From Deltaproteobacteria bacterium (GTDB taxonomy: Bacteria; Myxococcota_A; UBA9160; JAFDDA01), in the NCBI GenBank assembly GCA_019311105.1, contig JAFDDA010000064.1, forward strand, positions 7,593 through 71,592: 64,000 bases of DNA. The letters are read 5' to 3'. This document shows positions 17,538 through 26,303 of the stretch, piece after piece. The notes below the pieces were generated by a model. That model had not been told where the DNA came from. It was given only the letters and a program-made list of their open reading frames with translations, and did not search any database. Numbering within the stretch: position 1 is the first letter of the stretch; each line of letters starts with the position of its first letter. The translations under genes and the position numbers were made by a program.

Positions 17538-18943
17538 GCGCTGGGACGCTGCTGATCCCGGTCGAAAATCAGGTACGCGAGCTCGATCCGAAGCTGCTGC
17601 TGGCAACCGTGGCGGCGCACCGGGGTTTCTCGTGCATCCTCGGTTCACGCCAGGAGGTGGACTTTCGACTGGGATCCGTCCCGCGCGGAATCTATCTCGC
17701 CAAGAGCATGACGAAGCGCAGTCGCAAGGTGTTCTCGATCCTTCGCCAGCTCGGCCACGAGATCGTAGTCTGGGACGAGGAGGCGCTGGTCACCTACAGC
17801 GACCCCGAGATCTACTACGGGCGACGCCTGGACGAGCAGACGATGGGGCTGGTTTCGCACCACTTCGCCTGGGGCGAGGCCAACGCCGAGCTGCTCCGGA
17901 AGTTCCGGCACTATCCGGGGACGCCGATCCACGTCACGGGGAACCCGCGGGGCGACCTGCTGCGCCCCGAGCTGCGCAGCTACTACGAGCGCGAAGCCGC
18001 GGTGCTTCGGGAGGAGCACGGCGACTTCCTGCTGGTGAACACGAACTTCGGCCACGTCAACGCGTACAACCCCATCGTCAATCTGTTGCTGGCGCCAGAC
18101 GCCGAGGGCAAGCGTGCGCCGGGCCGCGGCTCGATCGGTATGACCTACGACTACGCAGCGGGCCGAGCGGTCCACAAGCAGGTCGTGTTCGAGGCATTCG
18201 GCGAGATGATCCCGTTCCTGCACGACGCGTTTCCCCAGTTGAAGATCGTCGTGCGGCCCCACCCGGTGGAAGATCCGACGGTCTATCGGGAGCTCGAAGC
18301 GCGGCTGCCGCGCGTCGAGGTGATCAACGACGGCCAGAGCCCCGTGCCGTGGCTGATGGCGACCCACGCTCTGGTCCACAACTGTTGCACGACGGGGCTC
18401 GAGTCCTGGATCGTCGGAACCCCGGCGGTGACCTACCGGCCGGTCCAGAGCGATGCCTACGAGGAATCGTTGCCGAACAAACTGAGCCACGACGCCTTCG
18501 ACCTTCCGCAGCTGCGGGAAGTGTTGGAGCGCATCGTGTCGGGCCGCCTGGGCCGGCTCGAAAACGATGAGACCGACCGGGTCGTGGCACACCATCTCGC
18601 GGGGCTTTCCGGCCCGCTTGCGTCCGAGCGCATCGCCGATGCCATGGCTCCGGTGGTGGAGGCCTGGCGCGCGCAGCCGCGGCCGCGTCTTCGCCGGCGC
18701 CTCGAGGGGCGCTGGCGTTCCTTGCGCCGGAGGATCAAGAAGGAGATCCGCTCGCGGAAGGCGGGCTCGAAGAACTCGCCGGAATTCCAGCGACATCGCT
18801 ACCCGGGCCTGTCCATCGCAGAGGTTCGAGAGCGCGTGGATCGCTTCGGGTCGATGCTCGGCCTGACGAACCCGATCGCCGTCTCGCGGATCTCTGCGCA
18901 CGTCTACCGGATCGAACCCGGCAAGGCTTCGCGCAGGGCCTAG
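17534..18943 (+). CDS. Surface-carbohydrate biosynthesis protein, GT-B/capsule-synthesis-like (paralog B)
   Basis: TTG at 17534 overlaps the CMAH-like stop (TTGA), in frame in ORF 17402..18943. It is a paralog of 14464..15828. Confidence 0.65.
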   Translation: MSAGTLLIPVENQVRELDPKLLLATVAAHRGFSCILGSRQEVDFRLGSVPRGIYLAKSMTKRSRKVFSILRQLGHEIVVWDEEALVTYSDPEIYYGRRLDEQTMGLVSHHFAWGEANAELLRKFRHYPGTPIHVTGNPRGDLLRPELRSYYEREAAVLREEHGDFLLVNTNFGHVNAYNPIVNLLLAPDAEGKRAPGRGSIGMTYDYAAGRAVHKQVVFEAFGEMIPFLHDAFPQLKIVVRPHPVEDPTVYRELEARLPRVEVINDGQSPVPWLMATHALVHNCCTTGLESWIVGTPAVTYRPVQSDAYEESLPNKLSHDAFDLPQLREVLERIVSGRLGRLENDETDRVVAHHLAGLSGPLASERIADAMAPVVEAWRAQPRPRLRRRLEGRWRSLRRRIKKEIRSRKAGSKNSPEFQRHRYPGLSIAEVRERVDRFGSMLGLTNPIAVSRISAHVYRIEPGKASRRA

Positions 18944-18956
18944 GCGGACCGCTCGC

Positions 18957-20210
18957 TTATTCGCTCAGGCGAGTGCCCCAGAATGCCACCAACCGCTGCG
19001 CGTGCCAGGCCAGCGAGAACCCCTGCCAGGCGACGATCCCGTAGAAGGTGGCGAGGGCCACGACGCTCGTCCCGGCCACGGCATCGATGGCGAGGGCCAC
19101 CGTGAAGAACGCCAGGTTCACGTTGCGGCGCGAGATGAACGTGCGCATGCGGACGTCGAGAGGGGTAGCACCGTGGATCGATCGGCCGGTCTTCTGCCGG
19201 AAGATCGCGGTCACGATCCGATCGATCACATAGAGCGCGAACATCGCGAGTGCCGCTTGGTAGGGCAGCGACTCGGTCGAACCGCTGCCAAGCGCATAGC
19301 CCCAGGCCATGTACCAGAAGGGCGGGTGGACGATGTCGAGGCCGTGGTCGGCCACGTCGCCCACGCGTGACGACGTGTAGGTCAGGCGCGCGAGCTTTCC
19401 GTCCACGGAATCCATGACGCTCATCAGATAGGCGCAAGCGAGGGCCGGGACCCACGCGCCTTCCATGAAGAGTGGGATGCAACCGAAGGTCGCGACCCAG
19501 TTGACCCCCGTGATCCAGTTGGGATGGACGCGAAGGTGGGAGAGCGGCCGCACCAGGGCCCAGACGAGCGGCGGGTAGACGTAGCGCGTCATGAAGTCGG
19601 TCGAGCCCTTGTAGTTCGACCAGAAGAGGAACCGCTCGACGCGGGCGATGGTCTCCGGGCCATCGATTCGGAAGAGGTAGGGGCCCACCTCCCGGCGCAG
19701 CTTCTGGACGTACCCGTTGAATTCGGCCTCGAGGACGGGCGTCAGGTCGCCTCGCGCGAGGCCATTCTCCGCGATGGTACGGAGGTCATCCGCCTCGGGA
19801 GAGGGGTCGGCGGCCTCGGCGCCGATGCGGAAGAGCGCTGCGCCGGCATGGACCTCGGGCTCCACGAAGGCCTGGTCTTTCGGCGCCGAAGCGAGATGGG
19901 TGAGCAGCCGTGGGTCGATCACCGAATCTGCAGAGACGGCGAGGAGCGGTGCGCCTTCCGCTTCGCGACGGACCCGCGCGATGTGCCCCCCAGCCGTGCC
20001 CGGAGTGCGCGTGAAGTGCAGGGGCAGGGCGCGAGCGAGGTCGGGCCGGAGGTCGGGCTCGGGCGCGTCGGGGGCGAGCGCCACCTCCACACGGCCAACG
20101 GCAAGCCCGGATTCGATCACGCCACGCAGCACGCGTTCGAGCAGGCTGAGGCCGAACACCCGGCGTTGCCCCGGCTGGCGGGCATCGATCCAGATCACCG
20201 TGTCGTTCAA
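18957..20210 (-). CDS. CDP-alcohol phosphatidyltransferase with N-terminal extension (paralog of 2637..3788)
   Basis: TTG at 20210, 10 nt after GGAG, in frame in ORF 18957..20606. The signature is DSVDGKLARLT...GDVADHGLDIVHP. The FGLS..ER.LR N-terminal domain is shared with the paralog. Confidence 0.8.
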   Translation of the reverse strand: MNDTVIWIDARQPGQRRVFGLSLLERVLRGVIESGLAVGRVEVALAPDAPEPDLRPDLARALPLHFTRTPGTAGGHIARVRREAEGAPLLAVSADSVIDPRLLTHLASAPKDQAFVEPEVHAGAALFRIGAEAADPSPEADDLRTIAENGLARGDLTPVLEAEFNGYVQKLRREVGPYLFRIDGPETIARVERFLFWSNYKGSTDFMTRYVYPPLVWALVRPLSHLRVHPNWITGVNWVATFGCIPLFMEGAWVPALACAYLMSVMDSVDGKLARLTYTSSRVGDVADHGLDIVHPPFWYMAWGYALGSGSTESLPYQAALAMFALYVIDRIVTAIFRQKTGRSIHGATPLDVRMRTFISRRNVNLAFFTVALAIDAVAGTSVVALATFYGIVAWQGFSLAWHAQRLVAFWGTRLSE

Positions 20211-20224
20211 GAGGGGTCCGCTCC

Positions 20225-20665
20225 CTAAGCGTCGGCTTCGAAGTGTCCGCGCAGGAAGGCGGCGAGTTCCTGGTGCTGAGCCTCGTCGAGGGGGAGCCGG
20301 GCCGTGATGTCGGGCGGGCCCGGCCAGCTGGCATCTTCGAAGCTCGCCCCGCCGAACTCGCGCGCGCCTTCGTAGCGAGGCAGCACGTGAAAGTGGACGT
20401 CGGGGTCGACCATCATCAGCATCAGATAGTTGATCTTGTCGTTGGCGAAGGCGCGGGCCAGCGCGCGTTCGATCTGCGCCGTGGCCTGCTGCAACTCGGT
20501 GGCGGCCTCGGGGCTGATCCCACCGAACTGGGCGGCGTCGTCGGTGCAGACGAGCACCAGGCTGCCGAGGGTCGGCTGGGCGGGGCGGCGGAGCAGCACG
20601 AGCCAATGACTGAAGCGCGTGAGCAGGCTCTCGGGGTAGCCGAACTTCTCGGCGGTGGCGTTCAT
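20225..20665 (-). CDS. HIT-family nucleotide hydrolase/transferase
   Basis: 146 aa with the histidine triad DVHFHVLPR. Confidence 0.8.
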   Translation of the reverse strand: MNATAEKFGYPESLLTRFSHWLVLLRRPAQPTLGSLVLVCTDDAAQFGGISPEAATELQQATAQIERALARAFANDKINYLMLMMVDPDVHFHVLPRYEGAREFGGASFEDASWPGPPDITARLPLDEAQHQELAAFLRGHFEADA

Positions 20666-21456
20666 CCCTGGGGGAGCCCGAGTACGTCGGCCATGCTGTA
20701 GAGGCCCGGCTCGCGGCCGAGCAGCCAGCGCGCGGCGCGCACGCTGCCGGCGGCGAAGTGGTCGCGGGTGAAGCTCCGGTGGGCGAGCTCGACGCGCTCG
20801 CCGCGACCGATGAAGTGGATCATGTGTTCGCCGGGGTTGTCGCCGCCGCGGAGCGTCTGGATGCCGATGCTGCCCGGCGGCCGCGTGCCCACGTCGCCCT
20901 CGCGCGAGAGCACGCCGGCCTTCTCGAGGTTCGTTCCGCGAGCGTTGGCGATGGTTTCCCCAAGCCAGAGCGCGGTGCCGCTCGGGGCGTCGACCTTGGC
21001 GGAGTGATGAAGCTCGACGATCTCGGCGTCGAAGTCTTCGCCGAGCAACTCGGCCGCGACCCGCGCCAGGTGCCCGAGCACGTTCACGGAGACCGAGAAG
21101 TTGGCCGCCGATACGATGGGGATCTGGCTCGCGTGCCGTTCGAACTCGGCACGCTCGTCGGGCGTGAACCCGGTCGTGCCCGTGGCGTAGGGAAGGCCGG
21201 CGTCTGCCGCCGCGGCGAGCCCGGCGAGTGTCGCCGCGGGCACCGAGAAGTCGATCACGGCGTCTGCCGCCGCCATGGCCGCCGCAGGGTCATCGCCCAC
21301 GACGAGCCCACTCGCTTCGCTCCCGAGCCCCGGGTGCCCCGGCCCCTCGAGCAGCGAGCCGAGCACCACCGCGGGGTCGGCCTCCACGGCCGCACGCACG
21401 CGCTCGCCCATGCGGCCGAGGGCGCCGACGACACAGATGCGAGCCGGCTCACTCAC
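20662..21456 (-). CDS. dapB: 4-hydroxy-tetrahydrodipicolinate reductase
   Basis: 264 aa. It has the N-terminal Rossmann ICVVGALGRMG and the block ELHHSAKVDAPSGTA. Confidence 0.9.
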   Translation of the reverse strand: MSEPARICVVGALGRMGERVRAAVEADPAVVLGSLLEGPGHPGLGSEASGLVVGDDPAAAMAAADAVIDFSVPAATLAGLAAAADAGLPYATGTTGFTPDERAEFERHASQIPIVSAANFSVSVNVLGHLARVAAELLGEDFDAEIVELHHSAKVDAPSGTALWLGETIANARGTNLEKAGVLSREGDVGTRPPGSIGIQTLRGGDNPGEHMIHFIGRGERVELAHRSFTRDHFAAGSVRAARWLLGREPGLYSMADVLGLPQG

Positions 21457-22331
21457 AGGAGCCCGAACTCTTTCATCAACAGGCGCAGGCTCTCGCGGCC
21501 CTCACTCGAGATCGGCGTGAGGGGGAGCCGGATTCCCTCGGAGATCAGGCCCTGCATCGCGACCGCCGCCTTCACGGGGATCGGGTTCGTCTCGCGGAAG
21601 ATCGCGTCGATCAGGGGGAGGACGCGGTAGTGCAGGCTGCGGGCCCGATCGAGATCCCCACCCTTATAGGCTTGCACGAGCTCGACCATTTCGGCGGGGA
21701 CGAGGTTGCCCACGGTCGTGATGACGCCGTGGCCCCCGATGGCGAGCAACGGCAGGGTCATCGCGTCATCACCCGAAAGGAAGGTGAAATCAGGGCTGCT
21801 GGCCGCGATCGCCTGGGACATCTGGTGGAGGTCGCCGCAGGCCTCCTTCACGCCGACGATCTGCTCCACGTCGGACAGCCGCGCCATCGTCTCGGGCTCG
21901 ATGTTCGACGCCGTCCGGCCGGGGATGTTGTAGACGACGAGCGGGAAGCTGCACTCGCGCGCGATGGTCGAGAAGTGCTCGACGATCCCGTGCTGGGTGG
22001 GCTTGTTGTAGTAGGGCGAGATCAACAGCGCGCCGTCGGCGCCCGCTTCCTTGGCATGGTGGGTGAGCTCGATGGCCTCGCGCGTGTTGTTCGAGCCGGT
22101 CCCGGCGATCACCTGGACCCGGCCGCGAGCCGCCTCGACCACGACCTCCACCACCCGGCGATGCTCGGCGTGGGAAAGCGTCGCGGATTCGCCCGTGCTG
22201 CCGCAGGGCACGAGCCCATCGACCCCGGCGGCCACCTGGCGCTCGACGAGGGCGCGGAGTGCAGCCTCGTCCACCGACCCGTCGCCATCGCGGAACGGGG
22301 TCACCAGTGCAGTGTGGACACCTTCGAACAC
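21453..22331 (-). CDS. dapA: 4-hydroxy-tetrahydrodipicolinate synthase
   Basis: GTG at 22331 lies just after the dapF stop, in frame in ORF 21453..22994, giving 292 aa. Blocks are TALVTPF, GSTGE and YNIPGRT. Confidence 0.9.
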   Translation of the reverse strand: MFEGVHTALVTPFRDGDGSVDEAALRALVERQVAAGVDGLVPCGSTGESATLSHAEHRRVVEVVVEAARGRVQVIAGTGSNNTREAIELTHHAKEAGADGALLISPYYNKPTQHGIVEHFSTIARECSFPLVVYNIPGRTASNIEPETMARLSDVEQIVGVKEACGDLHQMSQAIAASSPDFTFLSGDDAMTLPLLAIGGHGVITTVGNLVPAEMVELVQAYKGGDLDRARSLHYRVLPLIDAIFRETNPIPVKAAVAMQGLISEGIRLPLTPISSEGRESLRLLMKEFGLL

Positions 22332-22333
22332 GA

Positions 22334-23230
22334 CTAGTCCTCCAGCGGGAAGCGGCCCGTGAAGACCTCGGCCCCAGGCAGCGGGAAGCGGCCCGTGAAG
22401 ACCTCGGCCGCGGGCCCCGTCATGAAGACATGGGAGTCGCCGCCGGCCCACTCGATCTGGAGCGTACCGCCGCGCAGCACGATTTCGACCTGGTTTTCGA
22501 CGACGCCCCGCAGCATCGAGGCCACGCCCACCGCGCAGGCGCCGCTGCCGCAGGCCAGGGTCTCGCCCGTGCCGCGCTCCCAGGTCCGCTGGCGGATGCG
22601 GCCCCGCGACTCGATGCTCACGAACTCGACGTTCGTACGGTTCGGGAACTCCGGGTGGGTCTCGATCTGCGGCCCGAGGGTCGTGACCGGCGCGGCATCC
22701 GGGTCGTCGACGTAGACGACCGCGTGGGGGTTCCCCATGGAGACGCAGGAGACCGAGACCGTCTGGCCGCCGACGGCCAGGGGCACGTCGAGCACCGGGC
22801 CATCGCCCGCGCTGAGCCCGGTCGGGATCTTCGCTGCGGCGAGAACGGGCTGGCCCATGTCGACGCGGACCGTGTCGTCGCCCATCCAGCGAGGCCGCAC
22901 CACGCCGCCGAGTGTCTCGACCGAGATCTCCTCCGCAGTCGTGTGGCCGCGATCGCGCAGGTATTTCAGCACGGCGCGGATGCCGTTGCCGCACATCTCC
23001 ACGAGCGAGCCGTCCGCGTCATAGATGTCCATCCGGAAGTCCGCGACCTCGGAGGCGCGGATCACGAGGATCTGGTCGCAGCCGACGCCGAGGTGCCGGT
23101 CGGCGATGCGCTCGGCCAGCTTCTCGAGGGGCGGGATCTCATGGGCCAGCGCATCGAGGACGACGAAGTCGTTCCCGGCGCCATGCATCTTGGTGAATTC
23201 GAGCCAGCGCATCGGCGCTTCCTCTTGCAC
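22334..23230 (-). CDS. dapF: Diaminopimelate epimerase
   Basis: 298 aa with MHGAGNDFVVLD, two catalytic-Cys blocks (MCGNG, ACGSGA) and a duplicated C-terminal 12-mer. Confidence 0.9.
   Translation of the reverse strand: MQEEAPMRWLEFTKMHGAGNDFVVLDALAHEIPPLEKLAERIADRHLGVGCDQILVIRASEVADFRMDIYDADGSLVEMCGNGIRAVLKYLRDRGHTTAEEISVETLGGVVRPRWMGDDTVRVDMGQPVLAAAKIPTGLSAGDGPVLDVPLAVGGQTVSVSCVSMGNPHAVVYVDDPDAAPVTTLGPQIETHPEFPNRTNVEFVSIESRGRIRQRTWERGTGETLACGSGACAVGVASMLRGVVENQVEIVLRGGTLQIEWAGGDSHVFMTGPAAEVFTGRFPLPGAEVFTGRFPLED
22343..22414. repeat. 36-bp tandem duplication at the dapF 3' end
   Basis: cagcgggaagcggcccgtgaagacctcggcc occurs at 22343 and 22379. It is in frame and duplicates AEVFTGRFPL in the DapF C-terminus. 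Confidence 0.9.
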
Positions 23231-23235
23231 GGGCG

Positions 23236-24495
23236 CTAGCCCGTGATCTCCTCGGGGATGCTTTCCCCGCGCACCAGATCTTCGTAGCCCTCGCGTTCGC
23301 GCACGAGCGCGGCGCGGTCGCCCTTCACCAGGACCTCGGCCGCCCGCACGCGCCCATTGTAGTTGGACGACATGCTGAACCCATAGGCCCCGGCCGAGTG
23401 GACGGCCAGCAGGTCGCCGGTCTCCACCGGCGGGAAGGGCCGATCCTTCGCGAGGAAGTCGCCCGACTCGCAGACCGGCCCGACCACGTCCGCCGCGCGC
23501 GCGTCGCCGCGGGCCGGACCCACGGGCTCGATGCGCTGATAGGCCTGATAGAGGGCCGGCCGGATGAGGTCGTTCATGCCGCCGTCGACGATCACGAAGC
23601 GCTTCTCGTCGTTCCTCTTTTCGTAAAGGACGCGCGTCAGCATCACGCCGGCGTTCGCGGTGAAAGAGCGCCCGGGCTCGAAGACGAGGTCGCAGCCGAG
23701 GCCGCCCACGCTTTCGAGCACGCCGCTGGCGTACTGCTCGAAGCTCGGCGGCGTCTCGTCGTCGTAGGTCACACCCAGGCCGCCGCCCACGTCGATGGTG
23801 CGGATCGCGTGGCCCGCGTCGCGCAGCTCGAGCAGGAGATGACGCACGCGGTTGAGCGCGTCCACGAAGGGCTGCACCTCCGTGAGCTGGCTCCCGATGT
23901 GGCAGTCGATCCCCACGGCATCCACGTGCTGGAGCGCCTTGGCCTCGGCGTAGGCCTCGCCCGCCTCGCCCCAGGGGATGCCGAACTTGCTCGTGCGCAG
24001 GCCTGTCGAGATGTAGGGGTGCGTCTTCGGGTCGACGTCCGGGTTCACGCGGAACGCGACCGGCGCGCGGACGCCCCGGGCCCCCGCCACCGCGTCGATG
24101 CGCCGCAGCTCCGCGCGCGACTCGACGTTGAACATCTTGATCCCGGCGGCGAGTGCCTGGTCGATCTCGTCGTCGCGCTTGCCGACGCCCGAGTAGACGA
24201 TCTTCTCGGGCGAGGCACCCGCACGCAGGGCCCGGAAGAGCTCGCCCCCCGACGTGATGTCGATCCCCGCGCCGCGCGCCACCAGGGTGCGCACGACCGC
24301 GAGGTTCATGTTCGTCTTGATCGAGTAGCAGAGCGTGTGGGGCGCATCGCCGAGGGCGCGATCGAGCGCGTCATAGTTGTCGGTGAGCGCCGTCGCGCTG
24401 TAGACGAACAGCGGCGTCCCGTGACGCTCGGCGAGCTCGTCCAGCGAGACGTCTTCCACCCACAGCCGGCCATCGCGCCGGGTGAAGGCGTTCAC
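23236..24495 (-). CDS. lysA: Diaminopimelate decarboxylase
   Basis: GTG at 24495 is preceded by GGAG, in frame in ORF 23236..24849, giving 419 aa. PLFVY, YSIKTN, DVGGGLG and ESGD blocks indicate a PLP-dependent group IV decarboxylase. Confidence 0.9.
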   Translation of the reverse strand: MNAFTRRDGRLWVEDVSLDELAERHGTPLFVYSATALTDNYDALDRALGDAPHTLCYSIKTNMNLAVVRTLVARGAGIDITSGGELFRALRAGASPEKIVYSGVGKRDDEIDQALAAGIKMFNVESRAELRRIDAVAGARGVRAPVAFRVNPDVDPKTHPYISTGLRTSKFGIPWGEAGEAYAEAKALQHVDAVGIDCHIGSQLTEVQPFVDALNRVRHLLLELRDAGHAIRTIDVGGGLGVTYDDETPPSFEQYASGVLESVGGLGCDLVFEPGRSFTANAGVMLTRVLYEKRNDEKRFVIVDGGMNDLIRPALYQAYQRIEPVGPARGDARAADVVGPVCESGDFLAKDRPFPPVETGDLLAVHSAGAYGFSMSSNYNGRVRAAEVLVKGDRAALVREREGYEDLVRGESIPEEITG

Positions 24496-24659
24496 TTCTT
24501 CGTCTCCTCGTCGGGCTCCTCGACGCCCGGCGGGTAGGGCTGCGGCGGGCCGTAGCGGCCGCAGGCGACGCCCCCCGAAACGAGGACGCCCAGCAGAGCG
24601 AGCCCCGCCGCGGTGCGCGTCAGGAAGTGCGTCATGGTCTGGCCTCGGCTCTGCGTCAT
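24492..24659 (-). CDS. Small lipoprotein, LptM/LppL-like
   Basis: This 55-codon ORF is not in the supplied track: MTQSRGQTMTHFLTRTAAGLALLGVLVSGGVACGRYGPPQPYPPGVEEPDEETKK. Its ATG overlaps the argH TGA, and its TGA overlaps the lysA GTG. The signal plus Cys-Gly-x-x-G-P tail resembles small lipoproteins found next to lysA/dapF in proteobacteria. Confidence 0.55.
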   Translation of the reverse strand: MTQSRGQTMTHFLTRTAAGLALLGVLVSGGVACGRYGPPQPYPPGVEEPDEETKK

Positions 24660-26095
24660 CGCGGCTCCTTTGCTCCCGCAACCTCAGCCGCGATCGCCTC
24701 GACACGCGCGGCGAGTTCGGCATCCGCCCGGTCGAGGGCCTCGAGCACGTTCGCCCGGGCCGTTCCGCCCGTGAGGCTCCGCTGCTCGAGCGCCCGCTCG
24801 AGGTCGAGCAGCTCCGCCGCCCCCGCCGTGAACGAAGGATGGAAGGCAACCAGGTCCCCCCGCGAAAGCGAGGTGAGGCTCACGTCCTTCTCGACGCAGT
24901 GCCCGACGACCCGGCCCACCACCTCGTGGGCGTCCCGGAAGGGAACGCCCTCGCGCACCAGCGCTTCGGCGAGATCGGTCGCCAGGAGCATGGGGTCTTC
25001 GGCCGCGGCCCGCATCCCGTCAATTTGTACCTGCAGCGTCGAGATCGCCCCGGCCATCACCTCGAGCGAGTCACGCAGGGTGGCGGCCGTGTCGAAGACG
25101 GGCTCCTTGTCCTCCTGCAGGTCACGGTTGTAGGTGAGCGGCAGGCCCTTCACGGCGACGAGCAGGGACACGAGGTTGCCCACGGCCCGCCCCGCCTTGC
25201 CCCGCACGAGCTCGGGGATGTCGGGGTTCTTCTTCTGGGGCATCAGGCTCGAACCCGTCGAGTAGGCGTCCGACAGCTCGACGAAGCCGAACTCCGCCGA
25301 CGACCACATCACGAGCTCTTCGGCGAGTCGCGAGAGGTGGACCATGGCGATGGCCCCCGCCGAGAGGAACTCGAGGGCCGCGTCGCGCGCTGCCACGGTG
25401 TCGAGGCTGTTGCGGGTCGGCCCCTCGAAGCCGAGCTCGTGCGCCGTCGCCTCGCGATCAAGGGGCAAGGTCGTCCCCGCGAGTGCCCCCGAGCCGAGCG
25501 GCGAGAAGCGCACGCGCTGGCGCACGCCGGCGAAGCGCTCGCCGTCGCGCCCGAGCATCTCGACGTAGGCGAGCCAGTGGTGGGCCAGCCGCACGGGCTG
25601 GGCGCGCTGGAGGTGGGTGTAGCCGGGGAGGACCGTGTCGATGTGCTCCCGAGCCCGGGCCGCGAGCGTGCCCCGGAGTTCGAGCAAGCCGAGTTCCAAG
25701 GCTGCCGCCGTCTCGCGCAGGTAGAGCGCGAGGTCCGTGGCCACGAGGTCGTTGCGGCTGCGCCCCGTGTGGAGGCGCGCCGCGGGCTCACCGATCCGCT
25801 CGCGCAGGCGGGTCTCGATGTGCATGTGGATGTCTTCGAGGGCCGGATCCCAGGCAAAGGTGCCGGCCTCGATCTCGGCTTCGAGGGCGTCGAGCCCACC
25901 CAGGATGGCATCGCAGTCGCTTTCGGAGATCAGGCGCTGTGCCGCCAGCATGCGGGCATGGGCTCGGGACGCACGGAGGTCGTGCCGGGCGAGTGCCCGG
26001 TCGAAGTGGATGGAGGCGCTGAAGCGCTCCGCCGTCGGGTCCGTGGTCTGGGCGAATCGGCCGCCCCAGGGCTTCTTCGTGGCCATCGAGTGCAA
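24656..26095 (-). CDS. argH: Argininosuccinate lyase
   Basis: 479 aa with WGGRF, TGRSRNDLVATDL and the GSSLMPQKKNPD signature. Confidence 0.95.
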   Translation of the reverse strand: MHSMATKKPWGGRFAQTTDPTAERFSASIHFDRALARHDLRASRAHARMLAAQRLISESDCDAILGGLDALEAEIEAGTFAWDPALEDIHMHIETRLRERIGEPAARLHTGRSRNDLVATDLALYLRETAAALELGLLELRGTLAARAREHIDTVLPGYTHLQRAQPVRLAHHWLAYVEMLGRDGERFAGVRQRVRFSPLGSGALAGTTLPLDREATAHELGFEGPTRNSLDTVAARDAALEFLSAGAIAMVHLSRLAEELVMWSSAEFGFVELSDAYSTGSSLMPQKKNPDIPELVRGKAGRAVGNLVSLLVAVKGLPLTYNRDLQEDKEPVFDTAATLRDSLEVMAGAISTLQVQIDGMRAAAEDPMLLATDLAEALVREGVPFRDAHEVVGRVVGHCVEKDVSLTSLSRGDLVAFHPSFTAGAAELLDLERALEQRSLTGGTARANVLEALDRADAELAARVEAIAAEVAGAKEPR

Positions 26096-26303
26096 ATCTC
26101 AGGAATCGTTGTGGATTTTCAAGGGCGGGCTTGACGAGGGCAGCCGTCCGCCCCTAGCCTCCCCGCCTCTCCGGAGACATTATCCCATCCGGAACCACGC
26201 GGCCTCGCAGCGACTCCAACCCCAAACCTCGCTGCAGACAAACGGGCCGAATGGGGCCCGGACCGGGCCCGAGCCCGGCCCGAAAACCGGCCCAGGAGCC
26301 TCC

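Noticed and set aside
26096-26303. A sigma-70 promoter (TTGACG ... CTAGCC) in the argH/DAHP-synthase divergent spacer.
   Set aside because: The -10 match is poor and the spacing ambiguous. This is not enough to call a feature.
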